DNA of 64,000 bases. Origin: Pristiophorus japonicus (taxonomy: Eukaryota). This document shows positions 50,037 through 60,430 of the stretch, piece by piece. Each line of letters begins with the position of its first letter. The first letter of the stretch is position 1. The notes beneath the pieces were generated by a model. The model saw nothing but the letters and a program-made list of their open reading frames with translations. It ran no database searches and was not told the DNA's origin. Location: the NCBI RefSeq assembly GCF_044704955.1, contig NC_091988.1:162192001-162256000 (forward strand), given 5' to 3'. The position numbers and the translations under genes are program-made.

Positions 50037-51256
50037 ACTCTTTTGAGTTTACCTGAAAATAAACATAAACATTAAACCGTGCCACCCGCCTGGGTGACAC
50101 AGCAGACATTTTCAAGGCCCTTTTTTTTTTTTTGTTTTTTTTTGGGGCGCTAAAATCAAATTTTTTCCAGTGCCCCCTATAAAAGGGGAGGGGGACACTA
50201 AAAGCACCGACAATTAAAACAAATTAAACTTTAAAACGTAAAATCAAATTAAAATTTGGTTGCCGGGCGTGATGATGCACTCCAGTCCCTCCGGTGCCCA
50301 CCTCTCGCGGAAGGCCGCGAGCGTACCGGTGGACACCGCTTGCTCCATCTCCAAGGACACCCTGGACCGGATGTAAGAGCGGAAGAGAGGCAGGCAGTCA
50401 GGTTGAACGACCCCCTCGACCGCCCGCTGCCTGGACCGGCTGATGGCACCCTTGGCCGTGCCCAGGAGCAGTCCTACGAGGAGGCCTTCGGACCTACCCG
50501 CTCCCCTCCGCACAGGGTGCCCAAAGATCAGGAGAGTGGGACTGAAGTGCAGCCAGAATTTCAGGAGCAGCCCCTTCAAATAATAAAACAGGGGCTGCAA
50601 CCTTGTGCATTCCATAAAAACATGGAACACGGACTCTTCCAGACCGCAGAAATTGCAGGCGGCCTGGGAGTCCGTGAACCGGCTTAAAAATTTGTTGCAC
50701 GGCACTGCTCCGTGCACCACCCTCCAGGCCAAGTCCCCGATGAATAGTGGGAGGACCCCTGCGTAGAGTGCCCTCCATCGGGGACCCCCGCCTCCTCCGG
50801 ACGGCAAGCTGGTACGCCATGGCGTGTCCGGACGTCCGGCGAGGATGGCAAAGTTGAGGGTGTGCAGGAGCAGCCCGTACAGGAAACCCCTCCGCGCGGA
50901 ACTGAAAGGCACGGAGGGGATTTCCCCGAGGCGGCTCAAGTTGTGAGGCGCCGGCCCCCGAGGGAGGTTCCGGGGTTTGGCGCCGATGAGGAATTCCGTC
51001 CGGACGGGGGTCAGTTCGGACAGGATCTCCCCACGTGCTTGAGTCTCCTCGATGCACCTAACGGAGTCAGGGCCCAGAGCTGTTTTTAGCGACTCGATGG
51101 CATCGGCCGCGTGGCGGACATTGGCAGAATTTAGGCGCCGCGCCAGCGTGTCTGGCGCCATCCAGCCCGCTCCTCCGCCATCGAGCAGGTCCCTGACCCT
51201 GGTCACCTCACCAGCCACAGCCCTCTCTTTCGACCGCCACATAAAACCTCGGCCGT
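50037..51256 (-). mobile_element. Tx1-clade retrotransposon copy 1, 5'-truncated (ORF2 C-terminus + 207-nt 3' UTR)
   Basis: WRVVHGAVPCN and CCHC zinc knuckle CNFCGLEESVFHVFMEC; stop at 50244; flanked by ggtccttgtgcatgaa. Confidence 0.93.
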
Positions 51257-51272
51257 GGTCCTTGTGCATGAA

Positions 51273-52492
51273 ACTCTTTTGAGTTAACCTGCAAAACATA
51301 AAACATGTATCCGTGCCACCCGACCTGGATGACACACACAAGACATTTACAAGGCCCTTTTTTTTTTTTTTTTTGGGCACTAAAATCAAATTTTTCCTTT
51401 TTCCAGTGCCCCCTATAAAAGGAGAGGGGGACACTAAAAGCACCGGCAATTAAAACAAATTAAACTTTAAAACGTAAAATCAAATTAAAATTTGGTTGCC
51501 GGGCGTGATGATGCACTCCAGTCCCTCCGGTGCCCACCTCTCGCGGAAGGCCGCGAGCGTACCGGTGGACACCGCGTGCTCCATCTCCAAGGACACCCTG
51601 GACCGGATGTAAGAGCGGAAGAGAGGCAGGCAGTCAGGTTGAACGACCCCCTCGACCGCCCGCTGCCTGGACCGGCTGATGGCACCCTTGGCGGTGCCCA
51701 GGAGCAGTCCTACGAGGAGGCCCTCGGACCTACCCGCTCCCCTCCGCACAGGGTGCCCAAAGATCAGGAGAGTGGGACTGAAGTGCAGCCAGAATTTCAG
51801 GAGCAGCCCCTTCAAATAATGGAACAGGGGCTGCAACCTTGTGCACTCAATAAAAACATGGAACACGGACTCCTCCAGACCGCAGAAATTGCAGGCGGCC
51901 TGGGAGTCCGTGAACCGGCTTAAAAATTTGTTGCACGGCACTGCTCCGTGCACCACCCTCCAGGCCAAGTCCCCGATGAATAGTGGGAGGACCCCTGCGT
52001 ACAGTGCCCTCCATCGGGGACCCCCGCCTCCTCCGGACGGCAAGATGGTACGCCATGGCGTGTCCGGACGGCCGGCGAGGATGGCAAAGTTGAGGGTGTG
52101 CAGGAGCAGCCCGTACAGGAAACCCCTCCGCGCGGAACTGAAAGGCACGGAGGGGATTTCCCCGAGGCGGCTCAAGTTGTGAGGCGCCGGCCCCCGAGGG
52201 AGGTTCCGGGGTTTGGCGCCGATGAGGAATTCCGTCCGGACGGGGGTCAGTTCGGACAGGATCTCCCCACGTGCTTGAGCCTCCTCGATGCACCTAACGG
52301 AGTCAGGGCCCAGAGCTGTTTTTAGCGACTCGATGGCATCGGCCGCGTGGCGGACATTGGCAGAATTTAGGCGCCGCGCCAGCGTGTCTGGCGCCATCCA
52401 GCCCGCTCCTCCGCCATCGAGCAGGTCCCTGACCCTGGTCACCTCACCAGCCACAGCCCTCTCTTTCGACCGCCACATAAAACCTCGGCCGT
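51273..52492 (-). mobile_element. Tx1-clade retrotransposon copy 2, same 5' truncation point
   Basis: Same motifs; stop at 51480; flanked by ggtccttgtgcatgaa at 51257-51272 and 52493-52508. Confidence 0.93.
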
Positions 52493-52508
52493 GGTCCTTG
52501 TGCATGAA

Positions 52509-52520
52509 ACTCTTTTGAGT
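52509..52520 (-). mobile_element. 10-12 nt Tx1 terminal micro-insertion
   Basis: actcttttga(gt), identical to the 3' terminus of both long copies, followed by a fourth target copy gtccttgtgcatgaa (52519-52533). Confidence 0.8.
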
Positions 52521-54756
52521 CCTTGTGCATGAATCCCAAAAAGTTAGTTTGCAGGTGCAGCAGGTAATCAGGAAGGCGAATGGAATGTTGGCCTTCATTG
52601 CTAGAGGGATGGAGTACAAAAACAGGGAGGTCCTGCTGCAACTGTATAGGGTATTGGTGAGGCCGCACCTGGAGTACTGCGTGCAGTTTTGTTCACCTTA
52701 TTTACGGAAGGATATACTAGCTTTGGAGGGGGTACAGAGACGATTCACTCGGCTTATTCCGAAGATGAGAGGGTTACCTTATGATAATAGATTGAGTAGA
52801 CTGGGTCTTTACTCGTTGGAGTTCAGAAGGATGAGGGGTGATCTTATAGAAACATTTAAAATAATGAAAGGGATAGACAAGATAGAGGCAGAGAGGTTGT
52901 TTCCACTGGTCGGGGAGACTAGAACAGCCTCAAAATACGGGGGAGCCAATTTAAAACTGAGTTGAGAAGGAATTTCTTCTCCCAGAGGGTTGTGAATCTG
53001 TGGAATTCTCTGCCTAAGGAAGCAGTTGAGGCTAGCTCATTGAATGTATTCAAATCACAGATAGATAGATTTTTAACCAATAAGGGAAATAAGGGTTACT
53101 TGGAGCGGGCTGGTAAGTGGAGCTGAGTCCACGGCCAGATCAGCCATGATCTTGTTGAATGGCGGAGCAGGCTCGAGGAGCTAGATGGCCTACTCCTGTT
53201 CCTAATTCTTATGTTCTTCTGTTCTTATGTTTAAGTATCCTCTGCCAGTCTATTCTAGCCAATTCACACCTCATACCATCGAAGTTACGTTTCCTTAAGT
53301 TCAGGACCCTAGTTTCCGAATTAACTTTTTCACTCTCCATCTTAATAAGGAATTTTACCATATTATGGTCACTTTTCCCCAAAGGGCCTCGCACAACAAG
53401 ATTGCTAATTAATCCCTTCTCATTACACATCAGCCAGTCTAGGATGGCCAGCTCCCTGGTTGGTTCCTCGACATATTGCTCTCGAAAACCATCCCTAATA
53501 CACTCCAGGAAATCCTCCTCCACCGCATTGCTACCAGTTTGGTTAGCCCAATCTATATGTAGATTAAAGTCGCCCACGATCACTGTTGTACCTTTATTGC
53601 ACACATCCCTTATTTCTTGTTTGATGCTGTCCCCAACCTCACTACTACTATTTGGTGGTCTGTACACAACTCCCACTAACGTTTTCTGCCCTTTGGAATT
53701 CCGCAGCTCCACCCATACCGATTCCACATCATCCAGGCTAATGTCCTTCCTTACAATTGCATTGATTTCGTCTTTAACCAGCAACGCCACCCTGCCTCAT
53801 TTTCCTTTCTGTCTATCCTTCCTAAAAGCTGAATACCCTTGGATGTTGAGTTCCCAGCCTTAGTCACCCTGGAGCCATGTCTCCGTGATGCCAATTACAT
53901 CGTATCCGTTAACTGCTATCTGCGCAGTTAATTCATCCACCTTATTCCAAATACTCCTCGCATTGAGGCACAGAGCCTTCAGGCTTGTCTTTTTAACACA
54001 CTTTGCCCCTTTTGAATCTTGCTGTAATATGGCCCTTTTTGCTTTTTGCCTTGGGTTTCTCTGCCTTCCACTTTTACCATTCTCCTTTCTATCTTTTGCT
54101 TCTGCCCCCCTTCTATTTCCCTCTGTCTCCCTGCATAGCTTCCCGTCTCCCTGCATAGCTTCCCATCCCCCTGCCATATTAGTTTAACTCCTCCCCAACA
54201 GCATTAGCAAACACTCCCCCTAGTATTGGATAAGATTATTCTTCTAAAGCTGATTTTTTTCCGAGTCTCATTCTGAAGGTTATATTTCCACACGCTGTAC
54301 TTTTGTTGCTGGTCACACTGGGGTTTCCCGCAGCTTTCTCAACACTGCAGGAGCAGAACTCAGTTGTAATCAAAATGCAATGCAGACAAATAAAACCCAA
54401 TGTAAGAAAGGTTTCTTTGAGCACCACAGTGTGCTTCATCAATGGGCTGTAGGTGGTTCAATTTGACTAGCCAAAGGCACAAGTTTTAGTGCTTAAAAGG
54501 AAAGAAAAGTCCATGAATGTATTCTGTTCAAGGGACTTTCCCCATCAGTGTTTGAACAAAAAAATGTAGTTTCGAAACATACTTTACCTGCAGATTGCAT
54601 GTGTCCCGAGTGACTCGATGCTGGTTTGTAGGGGCCAGTCCTTCACAGCCTGGCAGCTGATCTGAAGCCTAGACAAACACTAAAGCTAGCTTTGTAACCA
54701 TTCACACCACTACATATAGACTTTCATCATTTTGAATCTCTGAAGTGATGCCATCA

Positions 54757-55180
54757 GAACAGAGGAACAGGAGTAGGTCATTCAGCTCCTCAAGCCTTTT
54801 CCACCCTTCAAATAGATCATTGTTCATCTGTATCTTAACTCCATCTACCCACCTTGGTTCCGTATCCCTTCATACTCTAACCCAACAAAAATCTACTAAA
54901 CTCAATTTTGAAATTTTCAATTGACCCCCAGCCTCGACAGCTTTTTTTGGGGGGTAGAGTTCCAGACTTCCACTACCCTTTGTGTGAAGAACTGCTTCCT
55001 GACCACTCCTAATTTTAGAATTAATTTTAAGATTACGCCCCCTTGTTCTGGACTCGCCCATCAGAGGAAACAGTTTTACTCTATCTATCCTATCAAATCC
55101 TTTAATCATCTTAAACACCCCAATTAGATTACTTCTTAATCTTCTATATTCAATGGAATAAAAGCCCAGACTATGCAACA
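54757..55180 (-). mobile_element. Older CR1 3' fragment
   Basis: ORF 54870-55235 contains LGFYSIEYRRLRSNLI..LFPLMGESRTRG; degenerate tail. Confidence 0.85.
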
Positions 55181-55254
55181 TGGTTCCACTGTCTTTTTCC
55201 TGTATTCTCCCCTTCTCGTACACTGATGGTTCCACGGGGTTGCTCTCCAGTACC

Positions 55255-55560
55255 TTGACGAACTGATTGTTCCTTATGTGTGAGCGGTAACAGGTTGTTC
55301 AACCTTGGAGCATCACGGCTGAACCCAACGCACCTTTATTAGCAGAGCCCACTGGACAACAATTAGAAATGGAGTCACTGGTTGATTATCCCCCTTCCCT
55401 GCCTAGGGGCACTAAGGCTAATTGCAGAGCAGGCAGTGTCATCCTGGCTGAGAGGAATTAATTCAACATAGACCAGTTCGTCTATGTCTGGCATGCCTGG
55501 CATTTTTCTGGTCTGTGTTGCTCAGTACTGTACTATGGGATGCATCAACCCACCGAACCA
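55255..55560 (-). mobile_element. Old SINE (LF-SINE-like), decayed
   Basis: Minus strand ggtctatgttgaatta..ctcagccagga..caattagccttagtgcccctagg resembles 63915-64000. Confidence 0.5.
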
Positions 55561-56159
55561 TCAGTAGAGAGCCCTTGTGAGACAGTCCGATTGAATCCAT
55601 TCTCACAATATCCTGTTTGTACCATTTGTTGTCCTCAGTACTTTGAAGATTATGTAAATAAAACTAGTTTCACGGTAAAATTGTCGTGCCTCATTCAGAT
55701 TTTTCCCAATTTCTCCTTTCTCTCCTTCCCATCATGGCATTTGCCTCTTTTCATTTCTTTCCGGCTGAAGAGGTGAATAAATGGGTGGCAAAGCTTATCT
55801 AAACCTTCCAGTTCCAGAGGAGTGTATTAGGTATCTGTTATAATGTGAGAATAGGATAGGCCTCCGCATTCCCAGGAGTGTGTGGTGACTGTGCCAAGAC
55901 AAAGTGAACACATGCTGAAACTAGCAGGACAGCTGCCAATATTGAGAGATCTTCATAAATTGACATTTCAATGGAATCAATACCTTAAACACGGAGCAAT
56001 ATTTGAAAGATTAACTGATAGATTGTAATCTCAGTGGGAATCTCTGTTTTCATCACTTGTCCCACTTCATACCACAGCTAAAAATCAATTAGACCCAGCA
56101 CATGTGTTAGCGGCTGACAGGCCCAGAGCCAGCCAGCACTGAAACTTAAACCTGAAAGC

Positions 56160-56705
56160 TCATCATCATAGGCAGTCCCGCGAAACGAGGATGACTTGCT
56201 TCAACGCCAAAAAAGAATGAGTTCACAGGTGTTTCAATGAAGGAGCCGAACTACATCCTCAAGGGTAGAAGATGCCTGTGTGTGGAATTTTTTAACTTGT
56301 GGTGGCCGTTATATACCAGCCACCACACGGGCTTGACAGAGCTAGGTCTTGGTCCAGTGGTAAAAGGTAACCAAGACGACTGGAGACCTGCTCTGCTGCA
56401 CGGACCTAGTGCGCACAAATATTGCAATGTGGGCTGGCCCATATTGTCCCTGGGCCCCTGCCCCCTAACTCACGCCTCTCCTGGGCCCCGATCACGTCCC
56501 TCTACAGTCTCTCGCCGCTCCTTCACCCCGATCTTGCCGATCCTGCTGTACCTTCCCACACTCCAATCACCGACCTGAAGCTTGATGATGTCACTCTTCG
56601 CTGCCGTCGCCCTCCTGCACCAGCTTGCGCTGCCCTCTGGAGTAGTATGCCTCCACGCTGCTCCCGAGGCCTCCAAGCCACTCCTTTTATGGCCCCGACC
56701 TGCCG
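56160..56705 (-). mobile_element. Non-autonomous RTE-derived bipartite retroposon
   Basis: RTE-type tail aagcaagtcatcctcg..gggactgcctatgatgatg; TSD ctgaaagc at 56152-56159 and 56706-56713; core homologous to 60770-60975. Confidence 0.82.
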
Positions 56706-56799
56706 CTGAAAGCACAGTGATGGAGAATATCAGCAGGTTTAAGCTGTATGGCCACACAGCATTCATTAGACACCTGTATTTATTGGTTCCACATCCACC

Positions 56800-58722
56800 T
56801 GGCCTGGTTCTTCCCGCCCCCACGCCCCTTCCCCAGGAATGATTTTACACCACCTCAGCCCTCTTAACAAAGTTGGCTGATCATTTCTTTTTAATTTACC
56901 ATTTTCTGTCGGGTCCATGCTGCTTCCCTGGACTGGACCTGCCCCTCCACATTCAAACACGCGGAGGCCACGATTTCTCCACAGGCGGCGGGATTGATAC
57001 AGCCGGGGTTGGTGGTGTTTGGAAAGCCTGCTCCTGACTCGAGCCCGCTCTCTGTCCCGAATCTTGTGATGATTGTTAAGCCCGGCCTGCGGGCTTCCCG
57101 GTCAAGAGGAAGCCAGTCTGATGATGTCATTTGTTGATGCCTCATCAGCCGGTTTCCTTAAAGGGACCATGCCCACAAAGATTTTCACATTGAGCTGCTG
57201 AAAACACAGACAAGCACTGCACAGAGGTGCACGGCTGCACCCAGGCTCTCCCATCACTCCTTGCAGATGCTTATGGAGGGAGTCGCAGCATACAGGGAGA
57301 TCCTCTTCCCTTCTCATGGGCAGAGGGGACCTCCCCAGGACACCAACGCAGCCTGGTTGCACATTGCATAGGAGGGCACATGCAGGGACATCGTCAGGAG
57401 GACCAGGCTGCAGTGGTGCAAACCTTGCAATGATCTCAGTAGATGACAAAATGTTACTGCAAAGCCACACTCAACCTCATCCTGCTGTGCCACTCATCAC
57501 ATCCTCATCACTCTGCCTTCCCTACTCTGCACCTGCAAATCATTACTCACACCAACATACCTTGCACCTCCATCCATCTCTGTCTCTATCTACATTATCA
57601 GTTCCCCAGTTCACTCGCCACCCCTCATACTCACCCTCATCCTTGTCCAACCATACCAACCAACAACACACAAGGGTAGGCACTTGGGTCCTTTATCAAC
57701 ATTTGTGTATAGTTAATGTTGATGTGGTGTCAAATATTGTAATCTTTATTTTCAGCACTTTGCATTCTTGGACAGATTTGTGAGCATCTTTGGAAGTGGT
57801 TTAGTGAGTTGTAGTGAATGGTGAGACAGAAGGGTACCCCCACAATGGTGATGAGTGTGAAAGGAATGGGTTGAACATTGCAGGGATGCTTTATAAGCTG
57901 GTGTGAGGTGGTGCCAACCTGGCGCATCATGTGGCAGTCAGGCTGTACACTGTGAAGTGAAATAAATCTGGCCATGGTGAGGCCATCCCTGGCCTCCTGG
58001 GCAGCAATGTGGTCGGGTGCTGATGCCCTGTGTCCTGTGCAGCATCAGGTGATTGAGAAGTAGGTTGGTGTTGCTGTTGGTGATGCTGGTGTGTTTAGTG
58101 AGGTTGATGTTGTGACTGATCATGGTGAGATTCTAAGGACCAAGGTGAGATTTTTTCAAGGGCACCGATGCTGCTGGAATAGATGGCAGGTGAAGTTGAG
58201 ATGACATAAGCGATCTGTCAATGGCGAAGTAGGTTGCTCCAAGGAGATGACAGTGAATAGAGAGTTCATTGCAAACATTTCCAACCTCCATACAGCTCAA
58301 AAGTCTCTTCCAAATCCTGAAGGCTTCAGCTTCTGACATTGGGAAGCGAACAACTGCAAAATGGTAGCTTTTATACCATTTCTGCAGCTGTCAACTTGCC
58401 AAAGTGATGGAGAGTCACAGAAACCCCAACTCCACTTACCTGACCTGAAACCCAAGGCACGGCAAACCCATAAAAATGTTGGTAAAATTGTAAGTGTCCT
58501 GCTTTTAACCATCTTAACTACCATTTAAGTACCTTTTTAATTATGTAAATTATCTGTCTCCCGGCTGGCTGTTGGGTCTGCGATCTGAACGCAGATATGA
58601 CAGTTGAGAAACTCACACTGAGTAGGGTTTAGAGCTGCATCCCGACCCGCTGTCAATCACAGCCATTTTGACAGCGGGCCCACCTCCAAACTCGCACTCA
58701 CAGGACTGGGCAGATTCTGGCC
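56800..58722. mobile_element. Internally deleted PIF/Harbinger derivative (left boundary uncertain)
   Basis: Myb/SANT remnant on +, transposase-like C-terminal motif on -, right terminus gggcagattctggcc. Confidence 0.65.
57225..57443 (+). pseudogene. Harbinger-associated Myb/SANT-like DNA-binding domain remnant
   Basis: Manual translation RCTAAPRLSHHSLQMLMEGVAAYREILFPSHGQRGPPQDTNAAWLHIA*EGTCRDIVRRTRLQWCKPCNDLSR fits the Myb_DNA-bind_5 pattern; not in the ORF track. Confidence 0.75.
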
Positions 58723-58897
58723 ATAGAGTGGGGCCCACTTTTACTCTTCTAGAGGCCAAGGTGTCTCATTTTACTGGGAGTGCCACCCTCCAACCTTACT
58801 CCAGATCCCGCTAAGGTCAGGAATACAGGAACTCCCAGCCTAGAGATACTCCACCCCCAACCCCCTCCCATTCTGACCCAGTGAACTAATTTAAGAT

Positions 58898-59154
58898 CAT
58901 AAGAACATAAGAAATAGGAGCAGGAGTAGGCCATTTGGCCCCTCGAGTCTGCTCTATCATTCAATAAGATCATGGCTGATCTGATCATGGACTCAGCTCC
59001 ACTTCTCTGCCCGCTCCCCATAAACCTTTACTCCCTTATCGCTCAAATATCTGTCTATCTCCGCCTTAAATATACTCAATGACTCACAGCTCTCTGGCGC
59101 AGTGAATTCCACACATTTACAACCCTCTGAGAGAAGGAATCCTCCTCATCTCAG
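58898..59154 (-). mobile_element. CR1 3' end fragment
   Basis: cataagaacataagaaataggagcaggagtaggcc...gaattccacacatttacaaccctctgag. Confidence 0.88.
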
Positions 59155-59199
59155 GTCGTGGTGGACAGAAGTTATGCTCTGGATACATCGGGTATGGTA

Positions 59200-59586
59200 A
59201 TAGAGTGGATATGTTACTGGACTTCTAATCCAGAGGATATGGTCCCAAACCCCAAATTGAGAATTTTAATTCAGTTTTAAATAAAAAGCTGGTATCAGTA
59301 AAAGTGACCAAGAAGCTGTTGAATTGTCGTAATATCCCTAATGTCCATTAGGTAAAGAAATCTGATATCCTTACTCAATATGGCTTATATGTGACTCCAG
59401 TCCCACAGCAGCATGGTTGACTCTTAACAGCCCTCTGAAGTGCCAGCCACTCAATTGTATGAAACCGCTATAATGAACAACAAGACTGCAGTGGCCCACC
59501 ATCACCTTCTGAGTGCAACTAGAAATGGGAAATAAATGTCGACCTTGCCAGTGATGTCCACATCCCAAGAATGAATGATAAAAAAG
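59200..59586 (+). mobile_element. tRNA-head SINE sharing its tail with the 8741-9964 LINE family
   Basis: Head gtggatatgttactggacttctaatccagag; tail gcccaccatcaccttct..aataaatg..ccttgccagtgatgtccacatcccaagaatgaat. Confidence 0.72.
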
Positions 59587-59649
59587 GCTCCCCTAGAAAC
59601 TCCGAGTGCTAAAGAAATGCTTGGACATGATCAAAGAATTTGCATCAAG

Positions 59650-59800
59650 GTACAGCATCATCACATGGTGTGGTATGAAACCAGAGGGACCCAGATTTGA
59701 TTTTTGATCAGTGCTGAGTTAAGTGATGTCATCCAAGGCCACAGCTGGTAACAACAATTGCTGTCAGGCTTCCAACTCCTGATTGCTATATAGTAACTCC
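59650..59800 (+). mobile_element. Old SINE (LF-SINE-like) fragment
   Basis: tcagtgctgagttaagtgatgtcatcc...ctcctgattgctat. Confidence 0.4.
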
Positions 59801-60304
59801 CGTCAGTGCAGACAGGAGGGCATGGTCAGGTAATTAGTGATTGAGCAAAATGAGAGTAGCAAATGTACAAGTGAAGGAAATACATTGGCTTTGGCTGAAT
59901 ATATGTTAACGAATGGTTTTAGTTGAGGTGGCCTGACACAAGGCTGATTGGCTGAGGGTATAAATATAATGAGCACCACGAGAGAGAAACTATTTCAATG
60001 TTGACTCACATAGAATATAAATAATAGAAGAGATGGTTGTTGCCTCAGTTGATTTGAAATTCTGTCCTGAAGATTAAATCTGTCAGATTATCATCGTTAT
60101 GTTTTTATGAATTTTGGGATTTTAACATTTATTCATTAATCCAGAAAAGGAAAGTTTGTGGGTCTGTTACAATCATCCTCAACATCATGGTCATACAGCC
60201 CACGATGAACGTGTGTTAATTTTCTTCTTCCTCATTAGTTAGGCGTGTATACTCCAGGGGGGCCCATTTTCCTGACCTTTGCCCGAGGGAACATCCGGAT
60301 ATCC

Positions 60305-60430
60305 TTTGGGTCAATATCTAGGAATTCTTTCCCTGACACCTTTGTGGAAGTGCCATCTGCACAAGGACTCAGTGGTTCAAGCAGAAAGCCCACCACCCCC
60401 TTCTCAGGGAAGGTACGGAGGGATAATAAA
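60305..60430 (+). mobile_element. Decayed 3' end of the 8741-9964 LINE family
   Basis: gggtcaatatctaggaattc...gtggttcaagcagaaagcccaccaccccctt...aataaa, similar to 9795-9922. Confidence 0.6.

Larger units (their letters stand above)
47205..53229 (+). mobile_element. CR1 with A-type 5' part and B-type ORF2, nested in CR1-A and itself split by a Tx1 array
   Basis: ORF1 end 47205-47409; ORF2 fragments 47411-48562, 48752-49327, 49446-50036 and 52525-52965; (TTCTTATG)n tail. Confidence 0.92.
44238..54223 (-). mobile_element. CR1 subfamily A (end of ORF1 to 3' tail) split into 44238-45990, 46821-47204 and 53230-54223
   Basis: The three pieces rejoin colinearly against the 35960-40189 copy, e.g. 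caccgtcaaccc|tttaagtat. Confidence 0.92.

Noticed and set aside
50021-52533. CRISPR-like repeat/spacer reading of the four 15-16 bp repeats
   Set aside because: The repeats are target-site duplications of CR1 sequence, the spacers are Tx1 copies, the context is eukaryotic and there are no cas genes.
50244-52619. 401-aa and 379-aa ORFs as novel genes
   Set aside because: Their N-termini are read-through from Tx1 3' UTR or antisense CR1 across the TSD; the rest is truncated Tx1 ORF2 without RT or endonuclease.
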